Shown: in pieces, positions 36,717 to 51,199 of the stretch
How positions within the stretch are numbered: position 1 is the stretch's first letter
Layout of the letters: each line of letters begins with the position of its first letter
Source: Schmidtea nova
Taxonomy: Eukaryota
Direction of reading: 5' to 3'
Assembly: GCA_044892505.1 (NCBI GenBank)
Contig: CM097882.1
Location: 428,978,001-429,042,000, forward strand
DNA: 64,000 bases
Position numbers and translations under genes: made by a program
Notes under the pieces: model-generated
What the model was told of the DNA's origin: nothing
The model's database searches: none
What the model saw: only the letters and a program-made list of their open reading frames with translations

Positions 36717-37279
36717 AGTGATTCAAATTATACCCTTTAATTTTCCTTTTATTATCTTGAAAGTGTGCTTTTTGTTATAATTGTAGCTCATTCAAAGTTA
36801 TTTTTCATAATTTAGTTATCTCAAACTGATCTAGTTTAAATGAGCATACCTAGTGCATATATATTGTGAATGTTAATTATTAATAAGTATTAAAAAATTA
36901 CTTGTGACTATTGTGGTAGAAGTTCGAGTAGTTGGCAAATAGGAACCTGAAATTGGTATTAATGATTTATATATATATTAAAATATTGGTTATCATTTAT
37001 CATTTATCATAATAATATATTTTTTAATCTAAACCTATCGAAATTATGTATATACTAAAAGGCCGTTGACAGTAAATAATGGTATAAACAAAGTTGCGTA
37101 AGATTGTCGGAAAAAACGAAAGAAAGAGAGAAAGATGTTGAAAACTAAAGTACTTATATATTAAAGGATAAGTTATGAAAATTGAGGAAAGCAAAAACAT
37201 TGAATTTTAAAAATTTGGTCAAAGTATAAAAAGAAAGTAGGAGTACATGTCAGGTCTTTGTCGCTACCCCCGCGATAAC

Positions 37280-37315
<36 letters not shown>

Positions 37316-37519
37316 TACTATATATGGACTAAATATATCCATTGACAGAATTTTTTTCGAAGTTCCCCTTCCTTACCTAAACAAAGAGGTATTAATATAT
37401 ATATAGAAATATTTATAGACAAGGGCATTAAAGAAATTTTTCCAAGTCTGCGATGACTCATAATCGGAAAGACAAACGCCCTCTTGTTTAAATATAGTTT
37501 TAACGCCATATGAATTTTG

Positions 37520-38310
37520 ATAAGTTTAAACAAAGACTTATATTATTATTATTTTATAAATCTTATTATATGAATTTAATGTGTGTATGTGAGTTAATCA
37601 TGCATATGTATTCCATTTTCGATATATTTTTATTATTTGATAAATATTATTATGTTAAATTGTTGTGTATTTGTGTCAGTCATGCACGTGTATTGCAAAT
37701 GTATTGCATTTGTATTACATTTGTATTGTATTTTTGATATTTTATTATTATTTGATAAATATTATTATGTTAACTTGTTGTGTGTATGTGTGTTAGTCTT
37801 GCCCCCGTATATAGCACTATGATTGTACTTTCATTACATTTTTATTATTTTATTAATATTATATGAAATTGTTGTGTTTTAATCATGCACGTGTATTGCA
37901 TTTATATTACATTTTTTGTTATTTTAATTATTATTTTAAAAATATTATTATTTGAAATTGTTGTGTATATGTGTGTTATTCATGCATATGAATTGCATTT
38001 TTGATATTTTATTATAATTTTATAAATATTATTATGTGAAATTGTTGTGTGTATGTGTGTCGGTCATGCACCGGTAATGCACCTTTATTGCCCTTGCATT
38101 GCATTTTTTGTTATTTTATTATTATTGCAGAAATATTTTTATTTGAAATTTTTGTGTGTATGTGTGTCATTCATGCATATGTATTACACTTGCATTGCAT
38201 TTGAATTGCATTTGTGTTGCAATTTTAATAATTAATTATTATCTTATTTATATTATTATGTGGAATTGTTTTGTGTATGTGTGTTAGTCATTCACATGTA
38301 TTGCACATGT
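37520..38310 (+). repeat. Degenerate ~110-120-bp tandem repeat
   Basis: Recurrent tattattatgt..ttgttgtgtatgtgtg..tcatgca..gtattgca units. Confidence 0.7.
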
Positions 38311-38929
38311 NNNNNNNNNNNNNNNNNNNNNNNNNNNNNNNNNNNNNNNNNNNNNNNNNNNNNNNNNNNNNNNNNNNNNNNNNNNNNNNNNNNNNNNNNN
38401 NNNNNNNNNNNNNNNNNNNNNNNNNNNNNNNNNNNNNNNNNNNNNNNNNNNNNNNNNNNNNNNNNNNNNNNNNNNNNNNNNNNNNNNNNNNNNNNNNNNN
38501 NNNNNNNNNNNNNNNNNNNNNNNNNNNNNNNNNNNNNNNNNNNNNNNNNNNNNNNNNAAATATGTTCAAGTAAAATTATTTGATAAAAATGAGCTTTTAA
38601 GCCAAAAGACCATCCCAAAATAGGTTCTACTAGCAAGAGCTCTGATAATTTGATACGAATGAGTAAATTTATATTTGTATCATGATATTGGTAATTTGTT
38701 AATTAATTTTCTGGGTATTTTATTAAAAGTCATCTAGTAAATGACCTTTTTATATTAAAATATCAATTTTATATGATAGTATTTGTTCCTGTAGGAAGCT
38801 TTTAATCTCAAAAACCATTACAAAATCAGTTTTACTGCTACAATTATGTTACCAAGAGGCTGTCACTATGATAAATAAAAAACTAAAAACTTTGAATATC
38901 AACATACTATATTGCCTGTAAATACACAT

Positions 38930-40300
38930 GAGCAGATATGATACTAAAAAAATCATTACACACGAAATATTCCTACACTAGTACAAAGATACATACAAAA
39001 TACATATAAATTTATGATACACACAAAATATCATTACATACAGGAAATATAATCATACTATAATGCAAAAATACACACAAAATATCAAAAATACATAGAA
39101 ATTCATCACACATACAAAATATCATCACATATGTGAAATATAATCACAAATTGTTATCATATTATAGTGCGTTAACATAAAAAATACATATAAAATCATT
39201 AAAAATACACATGAAATATTAGAAATACATAGAAATTCATCAGATAGAAAATCATCACACACATCAAAATTGTCATTGAAATACTATGAAAGTGTTTCAG
39301 TGAATATTGTGAAATATATGTGCAAGTAAGAAGCTTTCACAATTTGTGTCTGTTACCGGATAAAATTGAGACACTGTGATAATGTAATTGATTGAAGCTC
39401 ATAATGGGTTATGCTAATGATTGATTGTCATTGAAATTGTAACAGTAATATATGTTTGAATAATAAGCTCTGGTAGATAAAAACCATCACAAAAGAGGTT
39501 CTGCTACTAAAGGTTCTGCTAGAAAGTTTCTTGTAATAGATAACATTGATTAAAATTTAACAATAATAATGATTGATATATGAATGAAAATACAGTATGA
39601 AGCTTTAGTAGATATAATCCATCACAGAAGAGGTTCTGCTACTAAAGGTTCTGTTAACAAGGTTCTGCTATGATGAAAATTATCAAAATAAAATATACAA
39701 ATTCAATTACAAAACACGTGTGCATCACAAATATATCGAATTACACAATTTGAATAAAGCCATTTTATAAGAATTTATACATACAATATTATAATGAAAA
39801 CTCAACAAAGTTATTTAATATAGATGGAAAATACAAAATTAATTACAAAACATGTATGCATTACAAACACACCAGCAAACCAATTTTTCAATCAAGTCAT
39901 TTTTGTAGGAAATTAAATTTTATCTCTACAAAATTAAAATGAAAACTTAATTAAGTTATTTGAAATAGGTGAAATATAAAATGTTGATTACAAAACATGG
40001 ATGTAATAATAACACACCAATATACTAAATTTCTAATCAATCCATTTTGTAGAAATATAAATTTCATATATGCAATATTACAATAAAAACTCTTTAAAGT
40101 TAATTTATATAGACAAAAATGCAAATTTATGTACAAAACACTTGTGAATTAAAAACAATAAAAATATTTATATACAATAAAAATATTTTATATAAGTTAA
40201 ATATGCAAATTTAATTACAAAACATGTGTGTATTAAAAGCACACCAACACGTTAAATTTACAATCAAGCCATTCTGTAGAAATTTAAATTTTATGTTGTG
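38930..40300 (+). repeat. Cluster of degenerate tandem repeats
   Basis: aaaatatcattacatac units (38930-39260), ggttctgcta units (39490-39670) and aattacaaaaca..caccaa units (39700-40300). Confidence 0.6.
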
Positions 40301-40639
40301 TATTGTGTTGTGCACGCATGTTTTGTACTAAAAATTGCATTACTCGTCTACATAAAATAACTTATANNNNNNNNNNNNNNNNNNNNNNNNNNNNNNNNNN
40401 NNNNNNNNNNNNNNNNNNNNNNNNNNNNNNNNNNNNNNNNNNNNNNNNNNNNNNNNNNNNNNNNNNNNNNNNNNNNNNNNNNNNNNNNNNNNNNNNNNNN
40501 NNNNNNNNNNNNNNNNNNNNNNNNNNNNNNNNNNNNNNNATTGATTCGTTAATGACGCTTAAATAATATGCTATTACTTGGAAACAACAAAGGCAGTTTA
40601 TTTTAGATTAATTTCTTAAAAAAGCTCCTTTTATTTTAA

Positions 40640-43600
40640 ATATTAATATCCACAAATTCAATGGAAGAAGTGTTGTGGAAGGAAAAATGGCTGGAGGATA
40701 TCAAGGGTTGGTTAGTAATGATTTACCTAAATCCTGTTGTTATTTTCAATTTATTATTAACGACAGTAGCACTTACTTTATGGAAGGATTTCAAGAATAC
40801 TGATATAACTGATTTAGAAGATAAAATTTGGTTTATTGATACATTTGCCTCAAAGAAGTCAATTCTAGATAAATATTTGAGCTTGCTTATGTGAAGCAAC
40901 TGGATAAAAATTTTTGACTTTTGATCTGAGGATTAATATTCTATTAGATGACGTTCTAGAATGTGGAATTTCAAAGGAGAAAATTTTAGGATCAACTTTC
41001 GTAAATTCGGTACACGGTGATAGACTAGAGATAAATTTATTAAATCCATATATGTTAAGAGAGGAAATGAGATTAATGGCAAAAGACTTTGAATCTAAGG
41101 ATTGCACAGAAAAAAAAACAAGTTGTTAGTGAAATTCAAGCCGTTGAAAAGAATTTATTCCAATGTGGTTCAGAATAATAGTCCACAGTGGATGATTAAT
41201 TCATCCAAGAAACCATTTCTTCAAAATAATCGATATTTTAATAATCCATATCAAAATAAGTCAATGCAAATGGAAAGAGTTCCAGACAGCTAGACCAATC
41301 ATTGTGCAGTCCAGGGATGAAACGATTGATAGTGATTCAGAAAAAAGACATCAACCAGTAGTTTCGTTGAAACACATCGCAAGAAAATTATACAACTAAT
41401 GTTGCGGATTACCAGAACCTAAAAATTAAAACAAGGTCAGTGTTTTTGTTGCGGTGAAAATTCCCATTAAAAGATATTTGTTGCAAGTCAGGTCACTTAT
41501 TTAAGTATTTTTATTTATTGAAAAATAATAATCAGAGGAATACTGAACGAAAAGTTTATTGTATTCATTATGAAGATGATGGTTGTAAAGAAACCACGAT
41601 AAAACTAATATTACATGAAATTGATGATCAAAAAACCAATAAGACCCTGTTACATACATTTCGTAAGTAAGGTCGAGACAATAATTGACCAAGAAATTAA
41701 ATGTTATTAACAATGTGATGTATAAAGAAAGATGATGGTGGAAATTGGAGTAAGATTAAGATTAATAAGGCTGAAATTGAGACGTTGTGGGACACTGGTG
41801 CATTAATTAGTGTAATGAGCTAGCGGTGTTAAAGAGTAATAGGTTGTCAATCTCTAAGAGCCAGCAAATTTCTTTTGAGTGGCTTGTTTTCTACAGAAAA
41901 TGAGAAATCTTTTGGAAGTGTAATATTAGAGTCAAGGTGGAAAAAATAAAATAAGAAAGTTGAATGTTGTCATTGTTAGAAATATTTCTCAGGACTTTTT
42001 GTAAGTGTAGATACGATATGTCAATTTGGTTTGGTATTTAAAGAAATAAATAACATTGACGCTTCGTTATTAAAAGAACAATATAATGATGAAAACAAAG
42101 AAAAATTTGCATTGCAAAGTTCGAATTTTGAAAAGAAATCATCTTTTGGACAAATTATTTTGAAGTTCAGAAACATTTTATGGCACCCAGAGTAATTTAG
42201 GCCATTTGAAAGTAATTCGACATGAAATAAAGACAACTTGGTCTTCTATATTGTAGAATCCGCGTAGACAACCAATTTTTCTAGAAAATAAAATTGACTA
42301 GTTAGTTTGAAATTTATTGAAGGCAAGAATAATCAGAAAATGCCAGGGCCCCTACAATTCTCCAATCGTTACTGTTGGGACAAAGAATGGTTCAATTCGT
42401 ATGTTTTTAGATTTTAAAAGACTAAATTCAGTGACTGAAAATTTTTCTTTTCTAATGTCAGACATGCAATTAGATTGTACAGTTATGTTTTAATAGATTG
42501 CCATTCAGTTTGTTAAAAGTTCCTACCACATTTCAGAGATTAATGAATCAAATATTAGAAGGTTTAGTTTTTAAAGGAGTAGTGTTTTATCTTGACAGCA
42601 TTTTAATATATGATCAAAACCAAGAAGAGCATGACTGAATCATTGGTGACGTATTTACTCGTATTAAAGAAGCAGGACTCATTCTATAAAAATGAATTGA
42701 ATTATATTGGTCATACACTCAGTAGGAAATGTGTTCATACAAATAAAAGAAAAAGAAAAAAATTGAAATGGCTGTAGAACCACAATGAGTGTCTCAATTT
42801 AGGTCATTTACAGAGAATTGTATTAAATATTTCTTTTATTAAAATAATATGGGTGAGAACATCACCAAATGTATTAATAAATATTCTATTTGTGTGAAAA
42901 TGAAAATTGAGCGAGGAAGAACAAAAGAAATTTTATTGCCAAGATCAGGAGTAAAGTTTTCAGAACAGATAGTTTTCATTATCGCTAATATAGAAATATC
43001 CAAATGGAAAAAGAAATATTTAGTGGTGATTATCGGTCGATAAGTAAACTAGTGAGTTAACGCAACTACAGGGCAGTATGAGAATACTATCGTAAATGTT
43101 TTCTTGAATAATTGGATATACCGTTTTGGTAAACCAGATAGCCTATTGACAGATAGAGATAAAATCTTTGAATGTTTATTGATGCGAGAATGGATGCAAA
43201 ATTTTGGAATACGACAATTTTTAGTTGACCATATCAACATCAATCAAATGGGATTGCTGAACAAACAATTTGATTAGTAATAGATATGATTACAACTTTG
43301 TTGAAAGAATGATGTAAAGAAATTAATTGGTGTGAACTTCTGTTGAGAGTTGAATTTTGCTTAAAATACAACTTAGCAGAGCTCAATTGGATTTTCACTT
43401 TTTGAGATTGTATATGGTCGAAAGATAAATTTAATTTCAAATTCAGGACATACACAACATTTAAAGGACGAATTTTCAAAATTAGTGAAACAAAATTTAT
43501 CAAAAACTGCAAAATCGATGGGAAAAAGAGAAAAAAATAAAAGAGAATTTTCAAGGTGTGAGAGAAGGATTTGATCAGAATAGAACCTCTTAAACGGAAA

Positions 43601-43750
43601 AAGGACGACATTTAATATGAAGGACCTTATGAAATTTTAAGATTTGTGTCCCCTCGATAAGTCGGACTAAATTCCCAAATACATTGAAATCTAGAAGGAT
43701 CGAAGAGCTTAAGCGCTGAGAGCTTAATGAAGATTGGGAGAGGGACGAAT
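40640..43750 (+). mobile_element. Highly degenerate Gypsy LTR retrotransposon interior
   Basis: Fragments: protease LWDTGALISVM; RT pieces (QGPYNSPIV, IRMFLDFKRLNSVT); integrase pieces (FGKPDSLLTDR, NGIAEQ, YEGPY). Purine tract near 43735. Confidence 0.8.
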
Positions 43751-46039
43751 ATTAAAAGCATGTTAATTGTGTAATTAATATGTTGTTTTAATGTTCCTAC
43801 ATTTTGTGTTATAAATATACAATTTTGAATTCGTTAAATGATTGAATCAAATATTATTACTAAAACTGCTTGCAAACTTTCTATTTCTTTAACCGTAATA
43901 TGAAAGAAAATCACTTAAAAACATTTAGTCACTTAAATTATGGAAAAAAGAAAGACAGCGGACAAAAATTCTGATTGTAAATCCAAGGACTCTCTTTGAG
44001 TTATCAAGAAAATTAGGAGATAATATCGTAAGAATTTTTAGTTATAGATTTAAAATTTTTATAGAATCAGAATGTAAAAAATTATTATTCGCATATTGCC
44101 GATTTTTCCAAAATTGCCTTTAAAATAAAAAAATGTTTAGGAAAATGCACTTGATGCTTGAAGTGAGAAAGCATTGAAAAATGTAGGTATTGAAATCTTT
44201 TATCATCTTCAACTTTGATTTTTTTATTTACAATTTATTATAAATTTTATTATTACAATTTTATTATACATTTCTTGGTGTTAACACAAATTTTTGGCAC
44301 TGCTAAAAATTGCAGTAAATAAAAGCATTTTAATCTTTAGACTNNNNNNNNNNNNNNNNNNNNNNNNNNNNNNNNNNNNNNNNNNNNNNNNNNNNNNNNN
44401 NNNNNNNNNNNNNNNNNNNNNNNNNNNNNNNNNNNNNNNNNNNNNNNNNNNNNNNNNNNNNNNNNNNNNNNNNNNNNNNNNNNNNNNNNNNNNNNNNNNN
44501 NNNNNNNNNNNNNNNNNNNNNNNNNNNNNNNATAAATGTAATGAATAAATAATTATTAATATTAATATTAATGATATAATTTTAGATAATAATGCAATTA
44601 CTTAATATATCATAGTTATATTTTGCAATGAAAATAGCAAAAAGAATTTAATATAATTTGTGTTTGTAAAGTCACGACTGATGAATCACAAGGAGAATAA
44701 AGGCTCTGATTCCCATCAAGCAATTATGCGAAAACAGTGACTAATAACATCAATGCTACGCTACCATTGGTTACGGATGTCCATGGCAATTAGATGTAAG
44801 TTATTATATAAGTCAACGAAATAAATTTCACACGTGATTTAGAATTTCGCCAATTACCTATTATATTTTTATTTTATATACCTTTGTTTTTATTTCCTAA
44901 AGTTTCATTGAATTTCGCCTCATTGTGATTCTAAAATTCAAATTAATCGGTTTGCATGAGCAAGCGGTAATTAAGTTCACTAAGGACTGTAAAATGTTCA
45001 TGTAACATGCTTAAACATTTGAGTAAAATTAAAATTCTAAAATTTTGTTCGAGTCCTAGATAATTCTTTGCGATGTGTATGAAAATGAGAATCATTTTCC
45101 AATTTAATAAGGAAATTATAAATCTCCTGTTAGGTTTTCACGAAACTCCCGCATTCCACTAATTGAACACGTTGATAAAAAACAAAAATTAAATGTCAAA
45201 TTTTACAATTCGTCTTTAAATATTTACAGAAACGCTTTTGAGATATTTATCAAAATGTTTATTAATGAGATATTTATCAAAATGTTTATTAATTTAAGTC
45301 AGTTTGTATAGACCGAAATTATTTTTATAGCTTTTATTAATTATCTAATTAAATGAATTTAAAATATAATTTAAATAATACTCATTCAAATATGCATTGA
45401 ATCAACTAAAATTAAGTAATCTTTTTCACATTTGATCTTTTTCGATTTCATTCTATCAGACAATAGATAACAAAATTCTATTCAACGCTTCTTTTTTAAT
45501 GTGGTATTTATTAGTATTATTTTTATTTTATTATTGAAAAATGGCAGTGCCGAAAATCCGTTTAGAAAAAATTGTTTTTTGATTTATTTGAAAAACTAAA
45601 TATAAATAAAATTGATTGGTAAATACTTGATGAAGACAGCCGAAAATGAGTTATATAAAATTAAATTACAACAAACCTTTTCAAATTAGGAGGATCTTTT
45701 TTTGATAATAGAAATAGTGTCATTTTTAACTTTTCATTTGAGATAAAATTACACTTACCGTTTGTTTTGGTGTTGAGACCTTGTTTTGAATTGGTATTGA
45801 CAGTNNNNNNNNNNNNNNNNNNNNNNNNNNNNNNNNNNNNNNNNNNNNNNNNNNNNNNNNNNNNNNNNNNNNNNNNNNNNNNNNNNNNNNNNNNNNNNNN
45901 NNNNNNNNNNNNNNNNNNNNNNNNNNNNNNNNNNNNNNNNNNNNNNNNNNNNNNNNNNNNNNNNNNNNNNNNNNNNNNNNNNNNNNNNNNNNNNNNNNNN
46001 NNNNNNNNNNNNNNNNNNNNNNNNNNNNNNNNNNNNNNA

Positions 46040-46200
46040 CTATAGATCAAAATTTTTTTTTATAAACAATAACAAAATATTTCGGCACAGCCTTTATCAA
46101 GATACACACTTGATAAAGGCTGTGCCGAAATATTGTGTTATTGTTTATAAAAAAAAATTTTTGATCTATAGTCATTATGAGAATTATTGATAATAATAAT
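46040..46200. mobile_element. Head-to-head Penelope-like terminal repeats with a hammerhead motif (+ strand 46106-46138)
   Basis: Inverted arms around the spacer atacaca. ACAC-TTGATAA-AGGCTGTGCC-GAA-ATAT-T-GTGT. Flanked by N gaps. Confidence 0.55.
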
Positions 46201-48438
46201 NNNNNNNNNNNNNNNNNNNNNNNNNNNNNNNNNNNNNNNNNNNNNNNNNNNNNNNNNNNNNNNNNNNNNNNNNNNNNNNNNNNNNNNNNNNNNNNNNNNN
46301 NNNNNNNNNNNNNNNNNNNNNNNNNNNNNNNNNNNNNNNNNNNNNNNNNNNNNNNNNNNNNNNNNNNNNNNNNNNNNNNNNNNNNNNNNNNNNNNNNNNN
46401 NNNNNNNNNNNNNNNNNNNNNNNNNNNNNNNNNNNNNNNNNNNNNNNNNNNNNNNNNNNNNNNNNNNNNNNNNNNNNNNNNNNNNNNNNNNNNNNNTGTT
46501 GAAATTGTTATAATAAAATATTATCATAAAACAGGGTTTGTCAAATTGAGTCTTATAATGTAGTCTATGAATTTCGTTATTTGTGCCAAAATTTCATCGC
46601 AGAAAAATAATTCAAAATGGAAATAAAGGAATTCATAGAGTTTCCCCGTCTCGATTGTCATGACCTACGAACGTATATGTGAGAAGCCATGTTAACTCTA
46701 AGATGCCTTAAGTACTTCTTTAGCACAATCGCTGTGTAATCACAAACTTTTTGTTCTAAATTTTCTCAGTGGGTAATATGATATTGATAGTTAGTTTTCT
46801 ATTCTTTGTTTATAAAATGAATATCATCGTTATCTTCACTATTGCATTGTTAGATGACAAGAAATATGGTGGACCCTATTATAGCGAAAATAGATATGAT
46901 GAGTCCAGATATGACACATGAGCCATTGGACCCCTTTTAGAAAAAATAAAGAAGTGGTATTTTCTTAATTCCTAATTTAGTACGACTCTGTTATTTTTGT
47001 GATTTGTATTGGAAGTTCTCATGCATAATATTATCAAGATTGTCAGTAATGTCAAAGATGTCAGAGAATTGTATGTATGAAGGGCTTGAATATTCAGACT
47101 TATTTTATCACATAAAGCAAAATAGCTTCCAGATGGAAATGTTTTGAGTTGAGTGTGACCTCTTTTACTGGGTGGTTGATTATCGGAGATAAGTTTATAA
47201 AATCTTTATAGGTTACACATTTCGCTTATTTAAATGAACCTTTCGGTGTGTGAAAGCATTAAACAGAGAATCGCAAAATAAAAATGAATATGTAATATAT
47301 GTCGGAGAATATTTTAGCTTTTGAATAAAGGGCTCTAAATGGGAGTCAGAAAGTAAAACAAAACAAAATAGCTCTTTCCTAAGCTGGTTTTTGGAGATTT
47401 TGAAGATCTTTCTTTTGTTCGCATTTTGGATATATTTAAAAGACATCTTATCGAACTTAGAAAGCGGTTCTCTGTTTGCTTTCAAGATCTTAATTCACGT
47501 ACTGTAAGTTGGGTTGTGAATCACTTGAAGAGTGGCATTTCTGATGTAGCAGAAGAACATGGAGAGTTTGCTGAGGTACTTCTTGAACTTTGCTAAAAAA
47601 AGTACGAATTAAGTTCGAGTAAAACGAAAATTAGTCAACTTTCTAGATGTCAAGAACTGCAAAGACTTTCCAAATTCTACACGAGAAAGCGATAGAAAAT
47701 AAAGTTACTTTTATCAGCAACTTAACTTTATGAGCATGGCTTTCCAATCAAATGTGATTCCAAACAATACGCAGAAATCCACGGACCCCAAAGTCAGCTT
47801 TGACATTAGAAAACCCAATTTTGATGTAATTGAAATGATACAAAATAATTTCACCTAAAACGAAGCTATATTGTTTTCAGTGAAATTCTTTAGTTCCGCA
47901 ATGACATTTTGATTACCATGTGAATCACGAACCTTGTTTTTAGTAACAATTATCTAAGAAATTAGTTTAAATTTTAAAGGAGAGAACAAATTTACATAGA
48001 TTGCCAGGCATATATGCCTAGCGTGATGTCTATAATGTCATACGGATGATGTAGCGATCTACGTGCTAATTATGTACACTATCTACTTTTGTTTATTTTA
48101 TGCTTTCAAATTTATAAATGGAATTTTCTGTTTCAATTCGAGGGGGTGATATAGTTGTTTAAAATATACTCTGGGTAATACATAAAAAATAAGTTACCCG
48201 AGTTCCGTCATAAATTATAACTACGATTAATCTACTTCGAATGAGTTCAATTTACAATATGCAATCCAAACATCGTGTTAATAGTTCTTGAGAATGAATA
48301 ATAATATTTAGTTAAACTAAGTAATCACGGCGAATCATACATATAAACGTCATACTATGCAGGAAGCTCTCTAGTTACGCGGTATTTGGGATATACAATT
48401 TTTTGCACTAATTCTGAATCTTACATGGCACCAATTAA

Positions 48439-48681
48439 CCCCTTTACCGGTAGACCCGAGTATACTCGTCACACGAAAGACATATTAGGAAGCCAAACTT
48501 TACAACAATACTAAAAACTGTTTTATTTGTTATTAGTTAGTTAACTGTTATTCGTTATTAGTTGTTCGTTATTGTTGATAACGATGATTGAAAAAAAATT
48601 AAAAAATTAAATTTTTTTATAATCGCCAATAAAGTCGCCAATTAAGGGTCGATTTCAAAAAAAAAGTTGACGGTAAAGGGG
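48439..48681. mobile_element. piggyBac-type MITE (243 bp)
   Basis: TTAA TSDs at 48435-48438 and 48682-48685. Perfect 11-bp TIRs CCCCTTTACCG / CGGTAAAGGGG. Confidence 0.85.
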
Positions 48682-49051
48682 TTAATTGTGCAACTCGAGA
48701 GTTACCTGATAAAATTTTAAACTGTTTGAAGCAATTTTTCGTCAATCAGTTAAAAATCTTTTTTTTTAATTTCAATTTTTTATATTAAAAAATCTCAATA
48801 CAAAAATATTAAAAACAAATTAATCAATTACATAATTTATTAACTAATTATTAAAAAAAGAGATCAAAAGTGAAAAAAAATTAAAGATGGAAATAATTAT
48901 CGATTTATAAATAATTATCGATTTATAAATATAATTATTATTTTTAATTTAATTTTTTATCTAATAAATCAATGAACTTTAAAAGATTATATATATATAA
49001 TTATTATTTTTAATTTAATTTTTTATCTAATAAATCAATGAACTTTAAAAG

Positions 49052-49087
<36 letters not shown>

Positions 49088-51199
49088 AAATTTACATACA
49101 GTATGAAATGTATATTATATTTCCGGACAGGGGGAGTAATAAAATACTGTCAATTAAATAAAACTAACCTTTACAATATAAATCTCCAGTAAAACAAAGA
49201 AACCAACTAAATTCCTCATCGAATCAAAACAAACGAATTCCGCAATAAGATACTAAGAAAAATGAATAAAACAAAATTAATATTTATTTATATTAATTTT
49301 ATAATGAAATGTTTGTTTACATAATATCCTAATTTTGCATTGTCTGAATACGGAATGTTGACAATGCAAATTACCGAAATTTCGAACACGGCTGCGAGAA
49401 TCTGGTGAATAATCGCGCTCGCAACATCATTCAGTTGCGATTCGATGGTGGTGAATTTATAAATAAATTCTATTCGATTCGAAAAATAGGATGTAGATTT
49501 TGTTTTAATAATATATTATTTTTAAAATTAAATGACTGATTAATAAAATATTAGTTAAAGCGAATTTTGACATTTTATAAATTGAATGATTTTTAAATAA
49601 TGATTCTTAAATAAATGAACTTTTGCACTTTCGGTAAATTAATTTTCTTTCTTATTCGTTTTCTGTTTTATTCTCCTTTATCTGCTCGGTTGAAGGTAAA
49701 TATTTCTGGTGGGTTATTGGTAAATAAAGGAAAACTAATTATCGCGGCTATCCTCAATAACCTCGCATATAAATGTTGAGGTTCCCAGAATCTCAACTTG
49801 GTATCTTATATAAATAAATAAAATAACACTGGTTTTTTGTATTTGTAAACATTTGTTTTTTGTAAACAATTTTTCTATTTTTAAAAGTTCAAACAACAAT
49901 TACTATTTTTAGAGTCATCTTTATTCCCAGCATCCCTGAAGTTAAAAATGCATTAATCCATATCGGGTTGATACCTGTACCTCATTTATACTATTAATTT
50001 TCTAATAATTTGTTAATATCTGTCCGTTTCTTTATTATTTATTTTTTTGTTTTAATCGATTTAGAATTTTTTTAATAATCTTACCGTTACATACTTTTGT
50101 TAATGTATCTATAAAAATTTCTTTATTATTTATTTTTTTGTTTTAATCGATTTAGAATTTTTTTAATAATCTTACCGTTACATACTTTTGTTAATGTATC
50201 TATAAAAATTGAATGAAACGCGATGTAAAATTATTTCACACAAGATAATTGATATCATCCAATGTATTAGTTAAGTGAAGTAAATCTGTTATGTTATGTG
50301 TCAAAAAGATAAAGGATTATTTTATATTTTTCATATATTTCACAAATTCCTTTAAGGCAATAATTTGTGTTTTCATAATCATTTTATCAAATTTTGTAAA
50401 AGAATTGTATATGATGTTTAAAGAAATGAACCTATAAAATTTGTTAAATTATATCGAATATTAAATATTAACATTTAATATTATTATTAATCTATTATCA
50501 TTTTGATATAATTATTATTCACTTATATTTTGATTTATATAANNNNNNNNNNNNNNNNNNNNNNNNNNNNNNNNNNNNNNNNNNNNNNNNNNNNNNNNNN
50601 NNNNNNNNNNNNNNNNNNNNNNNNNNNNNNNNNNNNNNNNNNNNNNNNNNNNNNNNNNNNNNNNNNNNNNNNNNNNNNNNNNNNNNNNNNNNNNNNNNNN
50701 NNNNNNNNNNNNNNNNNNNNNNNNNNNNNNNNNNNNNNNNNNNNNNNNNNCATGGCACTAAAATAATTAAAAACAAACGCCAATCCAAATATATGTTCTG
50801 CACAATATATTTCGAGAACTTAATTCTCTTCATCAGGTGCTACTCAATCTTTCATTTAATATATAAATCAAATAAATCGATTTATTAAACAAATTAATAT
50901 TAATTTTTATTTGAAAAAATGGTCAGTCTTGTCCAAAGTATGTGGCATTTCACCCATGAAAAGAAACTAATATCAAAAATTTGTAGTAATATTTTTTTTT
51001 AAAAATCAAGTTTAAACTACTATAACTTTCTGAAATTATTAATGTTGATTTTAAATCAATTTACTAGTTTAATTTTTAAGGTTGGGTTAATATAAAAATC
51101 ACAAAAGTAAAAAGAAATAATAATAAAAGCAAAGAAATATCGAAATAAATAAAAGTACAAAAATTAATTAAAATTTATCAAAAATCTAAAACTAACATT

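Noticed and set aside
44670-44742. AGTCAC-CTGATGA..GAAA..GTGACT as a hammerhead
   Set aside because: Stem II does not close next to GAAA, and there is no stem III/UH site.
45625-45660. TTGATGAAGACAGCCGAAA hammerhead-like motif
   Set aside because: Stem II is mismatched and stems I and III are absent. At best it is a decayed relative of the 35602 motif.
46500-47950. Higher-complexity region with short ORFs (including 47213-47485), considered as a Penelope RT or host exons
   Set aside because: No RT, GIY-YIG or other motif recognised in any frame, and there are many stops.
48895-50210. Short exact tandem duplications (~48925-49050 and ~50028-50208)
   Set aside because: AT-rich local duplications, plausibly slippage or assembly overlap. 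No functional signal.
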